NCBI GenBank assembly: GCA_902488815.1
Contig: CABTXP010000001.1
Span: 20,765-84,764, forward strand
Reading direction: 5' to 3'
DNA from: an uncultured Eubacteriales bacterium
GTDB taxonomy: Bacteria > Bacillota > Clostridia > Tissierellales > Peptoniphilaceae
Length of the DNA stretch: 64,000 nt
Within the stretch, counting starts at the first letter, position 1; every line of letters begins with the position of its first letter. This document shows positions 19,281-30,275 of the stretch, in pieces. A program made the translations under genes and the position numbers. A model generated the notes under the pieces. That model was not told the origin of the DNA and searched no databases. It was given only the letters and a program-made list of their open reading frames with translations.

Positions 19281-20579
19281 CTACGCCGCTCTTGCTCTTT
19301 CTATGTCTCTGAAAATATCTCGTATTATAATTCTAAGCTTATTGGCAATGCCCGGCTTACTCACTTCTTCCATTGTCACAAGGTCTACGGACATTAAAAG
19401 CTCTCCGCCCTTGCTGTATGTGGCCTTACCCACTACATCTCCCTCTTCCATGGGATAGGTAAGGTCTTCATTGTATGTGTAGTCCGCCTTTATTTCTTCG
19501 TCCTTCTTGTGAATTATGCTTACAGGCTTTGCCGTCCTTACATCCACTTCCGAAGGCACGCCGTCCTTAATCTTGGCCTTGCCGATACTTTCATCTGTTG
19601 AAAAAATTTCATTTACATAGTTTGCAAAGCCGCCTTCCATAAGTTTTTTAATCGCCACATACCTTGCCCAGTCCCCTTTGGAACCAAGGGTGATGCCGAT
19701 TAATCTCATGTCACCTGATGTGCCTTCACCTTTTACTTCTCCCGTTGCAATTATTGCACGTCCGGCAATATTCGTATATCCCGTCTTAAGGCCGTCAATG
19801 CCTTCAGTAATGCCAAGTATGGGGTTGGTGTTGTAGCCGATAAATTCTCGCGGCTCATACTTTATTGAAGGCATGGAAGTAATTTCCAAAATCTCCGGAT
19901 AGTCCGTGATTAAACTTCTTGCAAGGACAAACATTTCCCTCGCCGTCATTTGATTGTAGCCTTCAACTTCCCCTTCAGGAGAATAAATTGTAAGTCCGTG
20001 AGGGTTTACCATGTGAGCATTTGTAAGTCCAAGGGCCTTGCACTTGTCGTTCATCATCTCTACAAAGTGTTCTTCCGTACCGCCTACGTGTTTTCCCAGG
20101 GCTGTCACCGCATCGTTTCCCGACACAACCAAAGCAGCCTCTATAAGCTGCCTTACAGTGTATTTTTCTCCTTCCTTGGACTCGTATGTGGAACCTAAAA
20201 TTGAAGAGCTTTCCTTGTCCATAACTACCTCGTCGTCGTAGGATATTTGTCCCGACTTTATGGCATCAAGTGCCACATATACGGACACTAATTTTGAAGT
20301 GGAAGCCATGCCTCTCACTTCGTCAATATTGTATGCCTCCAAAATAACGCCGGTTTCAAAATCCCCCAAGAGGTAGGAAGTTGTCAAGTTTTCCAAAGAC
20401 TTCTCCGACAAATTGTTAATTAAGACGGCCTCTTCATAAGTTGCCTTGTCCACGCCGTGATCCGTGGGCACCAATATATTTTGGTCTCTAATGGGACCTT
20501 CACTTGTAACGTCTGTGGCAAATACTTGAATGTTAAATATTAAAAGTATTGCAAGTATTAATAAAAATCTTTTTTTCAT
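19281..20579 (-). CDS. D-alanyl-D-alanine carboxypeptidase (peptidase S11)
   Basis: Signal peptide, MASTSK (SxxK), SGN, KTG motifs and a PBP5 C-terminal domain. Confidence 0.92.
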   Translation of the reverse strand: MKKRFLLILAILLIFNIQVFATDVTSEGPIRDQNILVPTDHGVDKATYEEAVLINNLSEKSLENLTTSYLLGDFETGVILEAYNIDEVRGMASTSKLVSVYVALDAIKSGQISYDDEVVMDKESSSILGSTYESKEGEKYTVRQLIEAALVVSGNDAVTALGKHVGGTEEHFVEMMNDKCKALGLTNAHMVNPHGLTIYSPEGEVEGYNQMTAREMFVLARSLITDYPEILEITSMPSIKYEPREFIGYNTNPILGITEGIDGLKTGYTNIAGRAIIATGEVKGEGTSGDMRLIGITLGSKGDWARYVAIKKLMEGGFANYVNEIFSTDESIGKAKIKDGVPSEVDVRTAKPVSIIHKKDEEIKADYTYNEDLTYPMEEGDVVGKATYSKGGELLMSVDLVTMEEVSKPGIANKLRIIIRDIFRDIERARAA

Positions 20580-20601
20580 GCCTTAATTTTAGCATATTTT
20601 T

Positions 20602-22191
20602 TTATTTAACCAAATTGTAGTACACCTTTGAGAGTAAATTTGAAGCTATTAAATATATTACTGCGATTATTCCAAAGGACAGCAGGAGATTTATAATGTA
20701 CTCCTGTGTTGTGGCGGCCTGTAATCCCTTCAATAGATAGGTCACAACATTGACAGCTCCCAAGGAGTGTATAAGTGCCACCACAATCGGTGCGATTAAC
20801 ATCGCTCGCATTTGCCTGCTCACGGTTTTTTTAATTTCTCCTCCGGTCATGCCTACATTTTTCATAACTTCGTACCTGAATCTGTCTTCAATCCCCTCAA
20901 AATATTGTTTGTAGTACATGAGCATTATGCAGGAGAACAAAAACGCCACAGTTAAAAATATTGCCACGTAAATTATGTCTCCATATATTCCCACAATTCC
21001 CGCCTGAAGTCTGTCCGTCGTCTCAAAGTGATGTCCGTCTTTTAAATTAATATATGAAACAATTTCGTTAAGTTCATCGTGGGATTTGTTCGAGTCAAAA
21101 GATATGGAATAAGCAACTTCAGACGTATCGTCTGTGAATTTAATCACTTCATAGTTTTCAAATGTGTCGGAATGTGCGTCCATAAATTCCTTTACTTCAT
21201 TTAAATCCCTTTCACTTCTCACGGTAATGTTGTACTCGCCCTTTCCTATAACGGTCTTCAATTCTTTGGCGTGTAAAAATATACTTGCAAATGATGCCAT
21301 GGTAATTAAAGACATGGTGAGTAGAATTGCAATTCCCGCCATAGACGAGGCGCTCTTTCTCACTCTGTGCATCATGCCCGTAAGGTATAAAAAGTTGTCC
21401 TTCTTAAAAAAGTAGGAGCGTTTTTTCTTTAAAAGGCCCATTATAAGTACGGACACTTCTGAGAATAAAAGATTTGTCCCAAAAATCACAAGTATTACCG
21501 CCTCCATAAATATGAGAAGTACATTGTCATTTCTCACAAGTGCGCTGTTATTTGCAATATAGTAACCTGCAAAACAGAGGATAAAGCCTAAAATGCCAAA
21601 GTATTTATTCGCCTTTATTCTGTCGCCTTTTTTACTCTCTTCCATAAATTTTATAGGAGAAAATTTTATCGTCCTTATTTGATTTATAACAAGTATTATT
21701 AAAAATATAATGGCAAAGGAGAAAACAGTTTGAATGTACGGCTTAATGTCAAATTGTCCCCTTACACTTATGTCCAATGACTTTTGAATTGCGGCAAAAA
21801 TTATTTTGCCGAAGATGCTGCTTAATAAAATTCCGAAGACCATTGAGATTATACTTGTAAATAAAGTGATTAAAAGTTCCACGATTCCCAAATCCTTTTT
21901 GGAAAAACCAAGTAGCATTAAAAGGCCTTGTTCCTTGCCCCGACTTTTCATAATTAAAGATCCGGCGTAATTTATAATAAAATAGGAAAAAAATCCAAGG
22001 ACTATGTATCCCATTTGGTATACGCCGGCCTTGGACACGCCATATTCTGAATTTCTTATTTCAGGACTTGCTGCGCAAAGGGCGAAGATGAAAAACAAAA
22101 ATACAAATAGGGAGCAAATGCCTATGTAGGGAATATATAGCTTTCTGTTTCTCTTTAAAGTGTCCCTCACAACGTTTAAATAGACCTTCAT
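20602..22191 (-). CDS. BceB-like (FtsX family) peptide-antibiotic resistance ABC permease
   Basis: 10-TM layout, KSRGKEQGLLMLLG, YYKQ..EG.EDR.RY, VGMT. Confidence 0.85.
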   Translation of the reverse strand: MKVYLNVVRDTLKRNRKLYIPYIGICSLFVFLFFIFALCAASPEIRNSEYGVSKAGVYQMGYIVLGFFSYFIINYAGSLIMKSRGKEQGLLMLLGFSKKDLGIVELLITLFTSIISMVFGILLSSIFGKIIFAAIQKSLDISVRGQFDIKPYIQTVFSFAIIFLIILVINQIRTIKFSPIKFMEESKKGDRIKANKYFGILGFILCFAGYYIANNSALVRNDNVLLIFMEAVILVIFGTNLLFSEVSVLIMGLLKKKRSYFFKKDNFLYLTGMMHRVRKSASSMAGIAILLTMSLITMASFASIFLHAKELKTVIGKGEYNITVRSERDLNEVKEFMDAHSDTFENYEVIKFTDDTSEVAYSISFDSNKSHDELNEIVSYINLKDGHHFETTDRLQAGIVGIYGDIIYVAIFLTVAFLFSCIMLMYYKQYFEGIEDRFRYEVMKNVGMTGGEIKKTVSRQMRAMLIAPIVVALIHSLGAVNVVTYLLKGLQAATTQEYIINLLLSFGIIAVIYLIASNLLSKVYYNLVK

Positions 22192-22943
22192 ATTCCCCTC
22201 TCCCTTTGAAGTACAACTTGAGCGTCTAAAATCTTTTTATAAAACTCTTCTCTGTCGCAATCGCCTCTGTACATGTCGTGGAAAATTTTGCCGTCTTTTA
22301 TAAAGAGGACTCTCTTGGATCTGGATGCCGCCATTGCCGAGTGAGTTACCATAAGTACAGTTGCGCCCTCGTCATTTATCTTTTCAAAAAGGCCTAAAAT
22401 TTCATTTGAAGTGCCGGAGTCAAGGGCACCTGTCGGCTCGTCCGCCAAAATAATTTTCGGATCTACAATTAGAGCCCTGGCACAAGCTGTACGTTGTTTT
22501 TGTCCCCCGGAAATTTCGTAGGGGTACTTGTCTTTAATGTCCTGTATTCCCGTTTGAGATAGAACCATGGAAACCTTGCCCGTGATTTCATCTTTAGATT
22601 TGCCTAAAAGTATTAAGGGCATGGCAATATTTTCAAATACGGTCATTGTGTCCAAGAGATTAAACTCCTGAAATACAAAGCCGATTTTTTCACGTCTAAA
22701 GATTGCCCTCTCCGAGTCCTTTAAATTTGAAAGGTCTTCCCCGTCTAAAAATATTTTGCCCGACGTGGGCGTGTCAATTGTGGAAATGATATTTAATAAA
22801 GTCGTCTTACCGCTTCCCGACTCGCCCATTATGGAGACAAACTCTCCCTCTTTAATTTCAAAACCGATATCTTTTAACGCCTCCACCTTCATCTTGGAAA
22901 GATAAGTGGTGTAGGTCTTTTTTAAATTTTCAATCTTTAACAT
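22188..22943 (-). CDS. BceA-like ABC ATPase
   Basis: GESGSGKTT, KYPYEISGGQKQR, ADEPTGALD, MVTHS..AASR. Confidence 0.9.
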   Translation of the reverse strand: MLKIENLKKTYTTYLSKMKVEALKDIGFEIKEGEFVSIMGESGSGKTTLLNIISTIDTPTSGKIFLDGEDLSNLKDSERAIFRREKIGFVFQEFNLLDTMTVFENIAMPLILLGKSKDEITGKVSMVLSQTGIQDIKDKYPYEISGGQKQRTACARALIVDPKIILADEPTGALDSGTSNEILGLFEKINDEGATVLMVTHSAMAASRSKRVLFIKDGKIFHDMYRGDCDREEFYKKILDAQVVLQRERGI

Positions 22944-22999
22944 ATCTTCCTCCTGAGACTAATTTACAAAAACAAAAAAGAAATTGCACGAACATAGTC

Positions 23000-23024
23000 C
23001 TTACAATTTCTTACATTTTTGTAA
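23000..23024 (-). promoter_or_regulatory. BceR-family binding site
   Basis: TTACA-N4-TGTAA inverted repeat (23011-23024) plus a further CTTACA half-site, upstream of the bceA-like gene. Confidence 0.7.
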
Positions 23025-23940
23025 CCAAGGAGATTTTAAAATTCGTACCCTTGCCCACAGTTGAAGTGAGTTCATACTTGTAGCCGAGCTTTTCCAAAAT
23101 TTCTTTGACCAGTGCAAGGCCCACACCTGTGGAGTTTTTGTTCTTCGTATTCCCGCCTCTATAGCCGTATTCAAAGACACGCTCCAAGTCCTCCAGGTAG
23201 ATGCCGATGCCGTCATCTGAAATTAAAATTTCGTCCCCATTTGCCTTAATATAAATTTCCGACTCCGAATATTTAACGGCGTTTAAGAGAATTTGAAAAA
23301 TCGCCGCACTTAAATAATATGGGTCCGTGGTGATTTCACAGTCTTTTATCTCAGTGTGTATGGACTTTTTGCTTTCGATAAAAATTGTGGCATTGTCCTT
23401 TAAAACTTTTTGAATTAAATCCTTTAAGGACACGGTTTTAAATTCAAAGTCGTAGAAGTCACCCTTGATCTTTGAATAGTAAATGATTTGCTCCACCAAG
23501 TTTTCGATTTTTAAAATATTTATGCGGCTGTTCTCGTCCTTGTCGTGGAGGAGTTTCAAAGCAAAGAGAGGAGTCTTCACCTCGTGGATCCAATATGAAA
23601 GATACTTTCTCTCCCTTAAATTTTCATCTTCATTCTTTCTTATAAGGGCTCTGTTCTTTTCTTCCTTCTTGTTAATTATCTCAAATTTTAATTTGTCGGA
23701 CTCTAAAAAGCTCTCCATGTTAAGGTCCGAATCTTCTTTTAAATAAAGGTTCAGCGCCTTGACCTTTCCCATCTCACGAAGGACGTCGTAAATTACAAAT
23801 AAGAGGTAAATAAAGAAATAGCCTGCGAAAAATTCCTTCCCGTATTGAAAGTCCTTTTGTAAATATAAAATAACCGCCAAAAAAATTAAAATCGCCCCGA
23901 ATATAATTGTAGTTTTAACTATGGCTTTTAAATACTTCAT
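23011..23940 (-). CDS. BceS-like intramembrane-sensing histidine kinase
   Basis: Two TM helices with a tiny loop, WIHEVKTP, NAVKYS, DDGIG, STGVGL. Confidence 0.9.
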   Translation of the reverse strand: MKYLKAIVKTTIIFGAILIFLAVILYLQKDFQYGKEFFAGYFFIYLLFVIYDVLREMGKVKALNLYLKEDSDLNMESFLESDKLKFEIINKKEEKNRALIRKNEDENLRERKYLSYWIHEVKTPLFALKLLHDKDENSRINILKIENLVEQIIYYSKIKGDFYDFEFKTVSLKDLIQKVLKDNATIFIESKKSIHTEIKDCEITTDPYYLSAAIFQILLNAVKYSESEIYIKANGDEILISDDGIGIYLEDLERVFEYGYRGGNTKNKNSTGVGLALVKEILEKLGYKYELTSTVGKGTNFKISLVTKM

Positions 23941-24599
23941 ACTCTGTAACCCGCTCCCACCTTTGTCTCAATTAAATCCGTGATGCCGTAGTCCGCAAGT
24001 TTTTTTCTAAGCCTGTTGACACTTACGGAAAGAGTGTTGTCGTCAATAAATTCAGATGTCTCCCACAGGCTTTCCATAATGGAGTTTCGACTTACCACAG
24101 CGCCCTTGTTTTCAAATAGAATTTTTAAAATTCTGTACTCGTTCTTTGTAAGCTCAATAGCAATGTCATTTTTTCTTAAAATCATGTCTTCTCCCAAGGT
24201 ATATCCCTTGGCCTCAATGCCTGAAAGGTTGCCATAGGTGTAAGTACGTCTGAGAAGGGACTCGATTTTCATGAGAAGTCTTTCCTTGGAAAAAGGTTTG
24301 GTAATGAGATCGTCGCCGCCTAAGGACAGAGCCTTAATGTATGAAAGGTTGTCCTCAAGACTTGTAATAAAAATCACAGGCACGGGAGAAAATCGTCTAA
24401 TGTCTTCACAAATTTTAAAGCCGTCAAAATTTCCAAGCTTAATGTCTAAAAGGACTAAGTGAGGCTTATCCTTTCTCACAATCTCTCCTGCATTTTGAAA
24501 GTCGAAGACCTGCAAAGCGCGGTATCCATAGTTATTTAAAAAGTCGGCAATGGAATCTGATATTACCTTGTCGTCTTCAATAATTAAAATCTTTTTCAT
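23937..24599 (-). CDS. BceR-like OmpR-family response regulator
   Basis: IEDD, LLDI, GGDDLITKPF, LTKNE, FIDDNTLSVSVNRLRKKL. Confidence 0.92.
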   Translation of the reverse strand: MKKILIIEDDKVISDSIADFLNNYGYRALQVFDFQNAGEIVRKDKPHLVLLDIKLGNFDGFKICEDIRRFSPVPVIFITSLEDNLSYIKALSLGGDDLITKPFSKERLLMKIESLLRRTYTYGNLSGIEAKGYTLGEDMILRKNDIAIELTKNEYRILKILFENKGAVVSRNSIMESLWETSEFIDDNTLSVSVNRLRKKLADYGITDLIETKVGAGYRV

Positions 24600-25381
24600 T
24601 CTTCCCTCCAAGTAAGTCCGCCGTCATTTGAAACGGCTGTGCAGGTATCGCCGTTGGTGTCGGTAAAATAAAGCTCAATATTATCGCCATTTATAGCGGC
24701 GCCGGTATAAATGTGGTACACGGGAATGTCCGAAATTTTTTCCCAATTGCCGGCACTCTTCTTTGCAAAGACATATTTGCGAGAAGGTCCCGCCGCATCC
24801 ACTTGCACCACTGCAAAGTCCGTGCCTTCAATAATCTCTTTGTCCAAGACCTCGGGCAAAATTTCTCTTTCATCTGACGCAGGTACTTTTGGTTTCCTTG
24901 AGCTGTATAAGTAGTCGTCAATGGAGTCTTTCATAACCATAATTGCAATCTCTTCTGTGGGAGAAAATTTCCTGTCACTTTGATACTCTTTAATAGCTTT
25001 AAGAGTAAGAGGTGAACTCTTCTCATAGATGTGAATGTCCGTGTCCAAAAACCCCTCGTCGCTGTAGTAGTACACCTTGTCCTTGTAAATAAATTTTGTG
25101 CCGCCTGAATATGTAAAAATAAGAACCAAGAAAATATATCCTGCACCGACTACAAAGACCGCGACGGTAAGGATATATGCCGCTATCCTTAGAACTTTCT
25201 TACCGGACTTCAAATGTGCAATAACCAAAGCAACATAGAAGAAAACTAAAAATACATTTCCTGCAGCAAGTATCCTTATAAAAATTTCAAGAAAAGGCAC
25301 AAAGGTAACTTTCACCGCCAAAAACAAAAGTACAATCAGTGTAATTATAAAAATAAATAACTTGGTCAAAATCTTTTTCAT
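24596..25381 (-). CDS. Hypothetical membrane protein with a C-terminal Asp-box
   Basis: Three N-terminal TM segments and SNDGGLTW at the C-terminus. Overlaps the response regulator start. Confidence 0.7.
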   Translation of the reverse strand: MKKILTKLFIFIITLIVLLFLAVKVTFVPFLEIFIRILAAGNVFLVFFYVALVIAHLKSGKKVLRIAAYILTVAVFVVGAGYIFLVLIFTYSGGTKFIYKDKVYYYSDEGFLDTDIHIYEKSSPLTLKAIKEYQSDRKFSPTEEIAIMVMKDSIDDYLYSSRKPKVPASDEREILPEVLDKEIIEGTDFAVVQVDAAGPSRKYVFAKKSAGNWEKISDIPVYHIYTGAAINGDNIELYFTDTNGDTCTAVSNDGGLTWREE

Positions 25382-25431
25382 GGCTTAATTATATCAACAC
25401 TTCTTATATCTTAAAATACTAACAATCTATA

Positions 25432-25827
25432 GGGGACATTCACCAGGCTTTAGCCGTGCGTGTGTCCCCTTTCTTTTCTCCCATTGGGGACACTCGGCAG
25501 CATAGCGAAGCGGTGCGACCGTGTGTCCTCTGAAGGATGTGTTGATAGTTAAGCACAATCGGGGACATTCCGCAAAAGCTTAGCTTTGAGAGGTGTGTCC
25601 CCTAAGTGGAAAAGTAGGTAGTTAGATTATGTTAATTAACGACACAAACAAAAAAGATAAAGTCGTTTATCGGGTTGGTTTGAATTCAAAGGTTGGTTTA
25701 AAGGGGACACACCCTCGCCGTTGGCGGGGCTTGTACCTGTCAAGCTCTGCTTGACTGGTGAATGTCCCCGATGACTTGAGGTTTACTTTGAGGGGGCACA
25801 TGGTCGCCTTCGGCTGCCGAATGTACC
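25432..25827. repeat. REP-like palindrome cluster C (3 forward + 2 reverse units)
   Basis: Forward units at 25432-25469, 25486-25530 and 25561-25602. Reverse units at 25703-25769 and 25792-25827. Confidence 0.9.
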
Positions 25828-25848
25828 TTATACCCAATTGACTTACAT

Positions 25849-25884
25849 AAAAAAACGGCACAAAGGTCTGTGCCTTTATGCCGC
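25849..25884 (-). terminator. Terminator after groEL
   Basis: CGGCATAAAGG...CCTTTGTGCCG followed by a T run on the minus strand. Confidence 0.7.
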
Positions 25885-25909
25885 GATTTATATCGTACTT
25901 GGTTTGGGA

Positions 25910-27828
<1,919 letters not shown>

Positions 27829-27847
27829 TCTATCCCTCCTGAAGTTA

Positions 27848-27874
27848 TTAGCACTCACCAACCTCAAGTGCTAA
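27848..27874. promoter_or_regulatory. CIRCE element (HrcA operator)
   Basis: TTAGCACTC-N9-AAGTGCTAA, one mismatch to consensus, upstream of groES. Confidence 0.92.
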
Positions 27875-27946
27875 CATTATGATAATACATATTTAAAATT
27901 AATGCAAATCTTTTTTAAAAAAATAAGACACCATAGTGATGTCTCA

Positions 27947-28822
27947 TTACTTGCCCAATTTATTTTCTCTGCCGTAGTAAAACAAATACTGTTGGGCAAA
28001 GCCGGCATAGTCGCCAAAAATTTTTCTGCCGTAGTCGGCAACTTTGTTCTTATTAATTACTTTTTTTATATATAGCTCTTCCACAACTCTTTTGATCCAA
28101 ACGTCCACGGGAAATGATTCGCTTTTGCCGAAGGAGAAGAGAAGAATACAGTCGGCAACCTTTGGACCCACTCCGGGAAGCTTCATAAGCTCTTCACGCA
28201 TCTTGGAGAGCTCCATGGACTTTATGGCTTCAATGTCCACCCCTTTGTTGTAGATCATCTCACTTGCCCTTACAATTCTCTCGTCTCTAAAGCCCACCCT
28301 CGCCTTTTCTCTAAGCTCGGCAGGTGAAACTTCTTTCAAAACCTCCGCAGTTGGAAATGAATAGTAGCACTTTCCGTCCCAACCTTCAAACTCATCGCCG
28401 TAAAGCCTCGCAATAATATCCACGGCTTTTTTTATGCGGGGAATTTGGTTGTTGGCGGAGATGATAAATGTAATTATCGTCTCGAAAATATCCTGGTTTA
28501 AAATTCTGATGCCCTTGCCGTATTCCAATGCAGGTCTTAAAACTTCGTCCTTTGATAGCTCGGCTCTTATCTCTTCGTAATCTCTGTCCAAGTCAAAGTA
28601 GTGCTTCCAAATATTTTCGTAGTCGGATAGGTTCGTCCCCTTTAATACAACTTCGTCCCTTATACGACTTACGTTTATGGCCTTGCCGAAGGCCACAACC
28701 GTATAGCTGCCGTCCTCCTCTACCGTGTATCTGAAAGCCTGGCCGCACTCGAAGATCTTCTTAGGAGAGAAGTCCTCCAAATTATTTATAACTATTTCGT
28801 CGTCTCTCTTTATTACTATCAT
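27947..28822 (-). CDS. 8-oxoguanine DNA glycosylase (Ogg, HhH-GPD)
   Basis: FECGQAFR, GIRILNQD, ISANNQIPRI, LPGVGPKVADC, FPVDVW, AGFAQQYLF. Confidence 0.92.
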   Translation of the reverse strand: MIVIKRDDEIVINNLEDFSPKKIFECGQAFRYTVEEDGSYTVVAFGKAINVSRIRDEVVLKGTNLSDYENIWKHYFDLDRDYEEIRAELSKDEVLRPALEYGKGIRILNQDIFETIITFIISANNQIPRIKKAVDIIARLYGDEFEGWDGKCYYSFPTAEVLKEVSPAELREKARVGFRDERIVRASEMIYNKGVDIEAIKSMELSKMREELMKLPGVGPKVADCILLFSFGKSESFPVDVWIKRVVEELYIKKVINKNKVADYGRKIFGDYAGFAQQYLFYYGRENKLGK

Positions 28823-28903
28823 TATTCCTCCAATAATTTCCTTTCTCTTTGATTCTATCATTTATTTAAAAATTTCCCTCGGAAAAATAAAAATATTTTT
28901 TTG

Positions 28904-28936
28904 TTTCATAAACGTTTCATATTTCACCTATACAAT
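28904..28936 (+). promoter_or_regulatory. OmpR-type direct repeat plus -10 box
   Basis: TTTCATA-N4-TTTCATA (28904-28921) followed by TACAAT (28931-28936). Confidence 0.45.
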
Positions 28937-28985
28937 TGCATCATAAGTTGTTGAAAGACAATACATATTTAATTAGGAGGAAATT

Positions 28986-30125
28986 ATGAAAAAGAATTTA
29001 CTTAAAACCATATCCTTAGGACTTGTCCTTTCAATGGGACTTGTTGCCGTGGGATGTAAGAAAGACGAAGGAAAGGGCACTGAATCAGTTGAGGCTGATA
29101 AGGCCGGCATGTCCATGGAATCAAAGGACAAGAACGAAACCTTTAAGCCTTCAGACTACACTATCGAAGGTAAGGAACAATACACTTACGAATACCTTGG
29201 CCTTAACTTTAAGCTTACAAATGAAATTTTGGAAGACATTAAGGACAAGGACATTGCAATGTTAGATGACCAAAGTCCTGTAGATGAAGAATTAAAATAC
29301 GCTCTTTTAAGCTTCAGCGAAATGGATGATGAACAACAAAATGCGGAGCTTAACAAAATGGGCGACGACTACCCCAAGTGGGCGGCAAGTCTTGAGAGAT
29401 TAGGCACAATCGGTATGTTTAAAAAAGGCATGACCGAAGATGAAATAAGCAAGATCACTAAGTGCTCCATTCACAAAAACTTGGGCACATCTTCCGACGG
29501 CGAATATGAATACTATTTAAGCTTTAACAGAGACGATGACGACTTTGTAAGAGAGTTCCAAAACACTGAAGTAAATATTATTGAAAAGAAACCTGTTCCG
29601 GAAAACGGATTTGTATTAGCTGAAAAAACTGATTTGGAAGGCACGGTACCTTTCGGCGGCGAAACTACAGATGATTTAAGCTCAGTTGTTACAAAGGACA
29701 TTTTAGGCAATGAATTTTCAAAGAAAGACTTTGCCGACTACGACCTCACTATGGTAAATGTCTTTGCCACATGGTGCACGGCTTGTATCAAAGAAATCCC
29801 GGACTTAGTTGAACTTCAAAAGGAAATGAAGGACAAGGGCGTAAACATTGTGGGTATTGTTACCGACACAGTTGATGACAAGGGCGAAAATGCCGATGCA
29901 ATTGCAAAGTCAAAGGCCATTATGGAAAAGACTAAAGCCAACTACCCATTCTTAATGCCCGATGCGACACAATTCAACGGAAGACTGATAGGCATTCAAG
30001 CTTTGCCTGAAACTTTCTTTGTAAATAGAGAAGGAAAAATTGTGGGAGACACTTACTTAGGCTCACGCAACTTTGATGACTGGAAAGCTATTGTTGAAAA
30101 AGAACTTGCTAATTTAAATAAATAG
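28986..30125 (+). CDS. TlpA/ResA-like redoxin lipoprotein with an extra N-terminal domain
   Basis: Lipobox AVGC, VNVFATWCTACIKEIPDL (CXXC), ALPETFFVN. Confidence 0.88.
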   Translation: MKKNLLKTISLGLVLSMGLVAVGCKKDEGKGTESVEADKAGMSMESKDKNETFKPSDYTIEGKEQYTYEYLGLNFKLTNEILEDIKDKDIAMLDDQSPVDEELKYALLSFSEMDDEQQNAELNKMGDDYPKWAASLERLGTIGMFKKGMTEDEISKITKCSIHKNLGTSSDGEYEYYLSFNRDDDDFVREFQNTEVNIIEKKPVPENGFVLAEKTDLEGTVPFGGETTDDLSSVVTKDILGNEFSKKDFADYDLTMVNVFATWCTACIKEIPDLVELQKEMKDKGVNIVGIVTDTVDDKGENADAIAKSKAIMEKTKANYPFLMPDATQFNGRLIGIQALPETFFVNREGKIVGDTYLGSRNFDDWKAIVEKELANLNK

Positions 30126-30275
30126 ATGAAAAAAATAATTAAATCTCGTTACTTTACTTTATTAATAATAATTGCAGGAGTCCTTATGACCTACCACGGT
30201 TATAATAACGGAGAAGTAAAAGTTGTCTTGGAAAAGGCCGTGAGAATTTGTATGGAGTGTATCGGAATTGGATAA
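30126..30275 (+). CDS. Small membrane CXXC peptide (CD1871A-like, 49 aa)
   Basis: Manual translation MKKIIKSRYFTLLIIIAGVLMTYHGYNNGEVKVVLEKAVRICMECIGIG. It abuts both neighbouring genes. Confidence 0.85.
   Translation: MKKIIKSRYFTLLIIIAGVLMTYHGYNNGEVKVVLEKAVRICMECIGIG

Noticed and set aside
25432..25827. Integron attC cassette array
   Set aside because: No RYYYAAC/GTTRRRY cores, no ORFs between units and no integrase. Only the stem-plus-variable-apex architecture is analogous.
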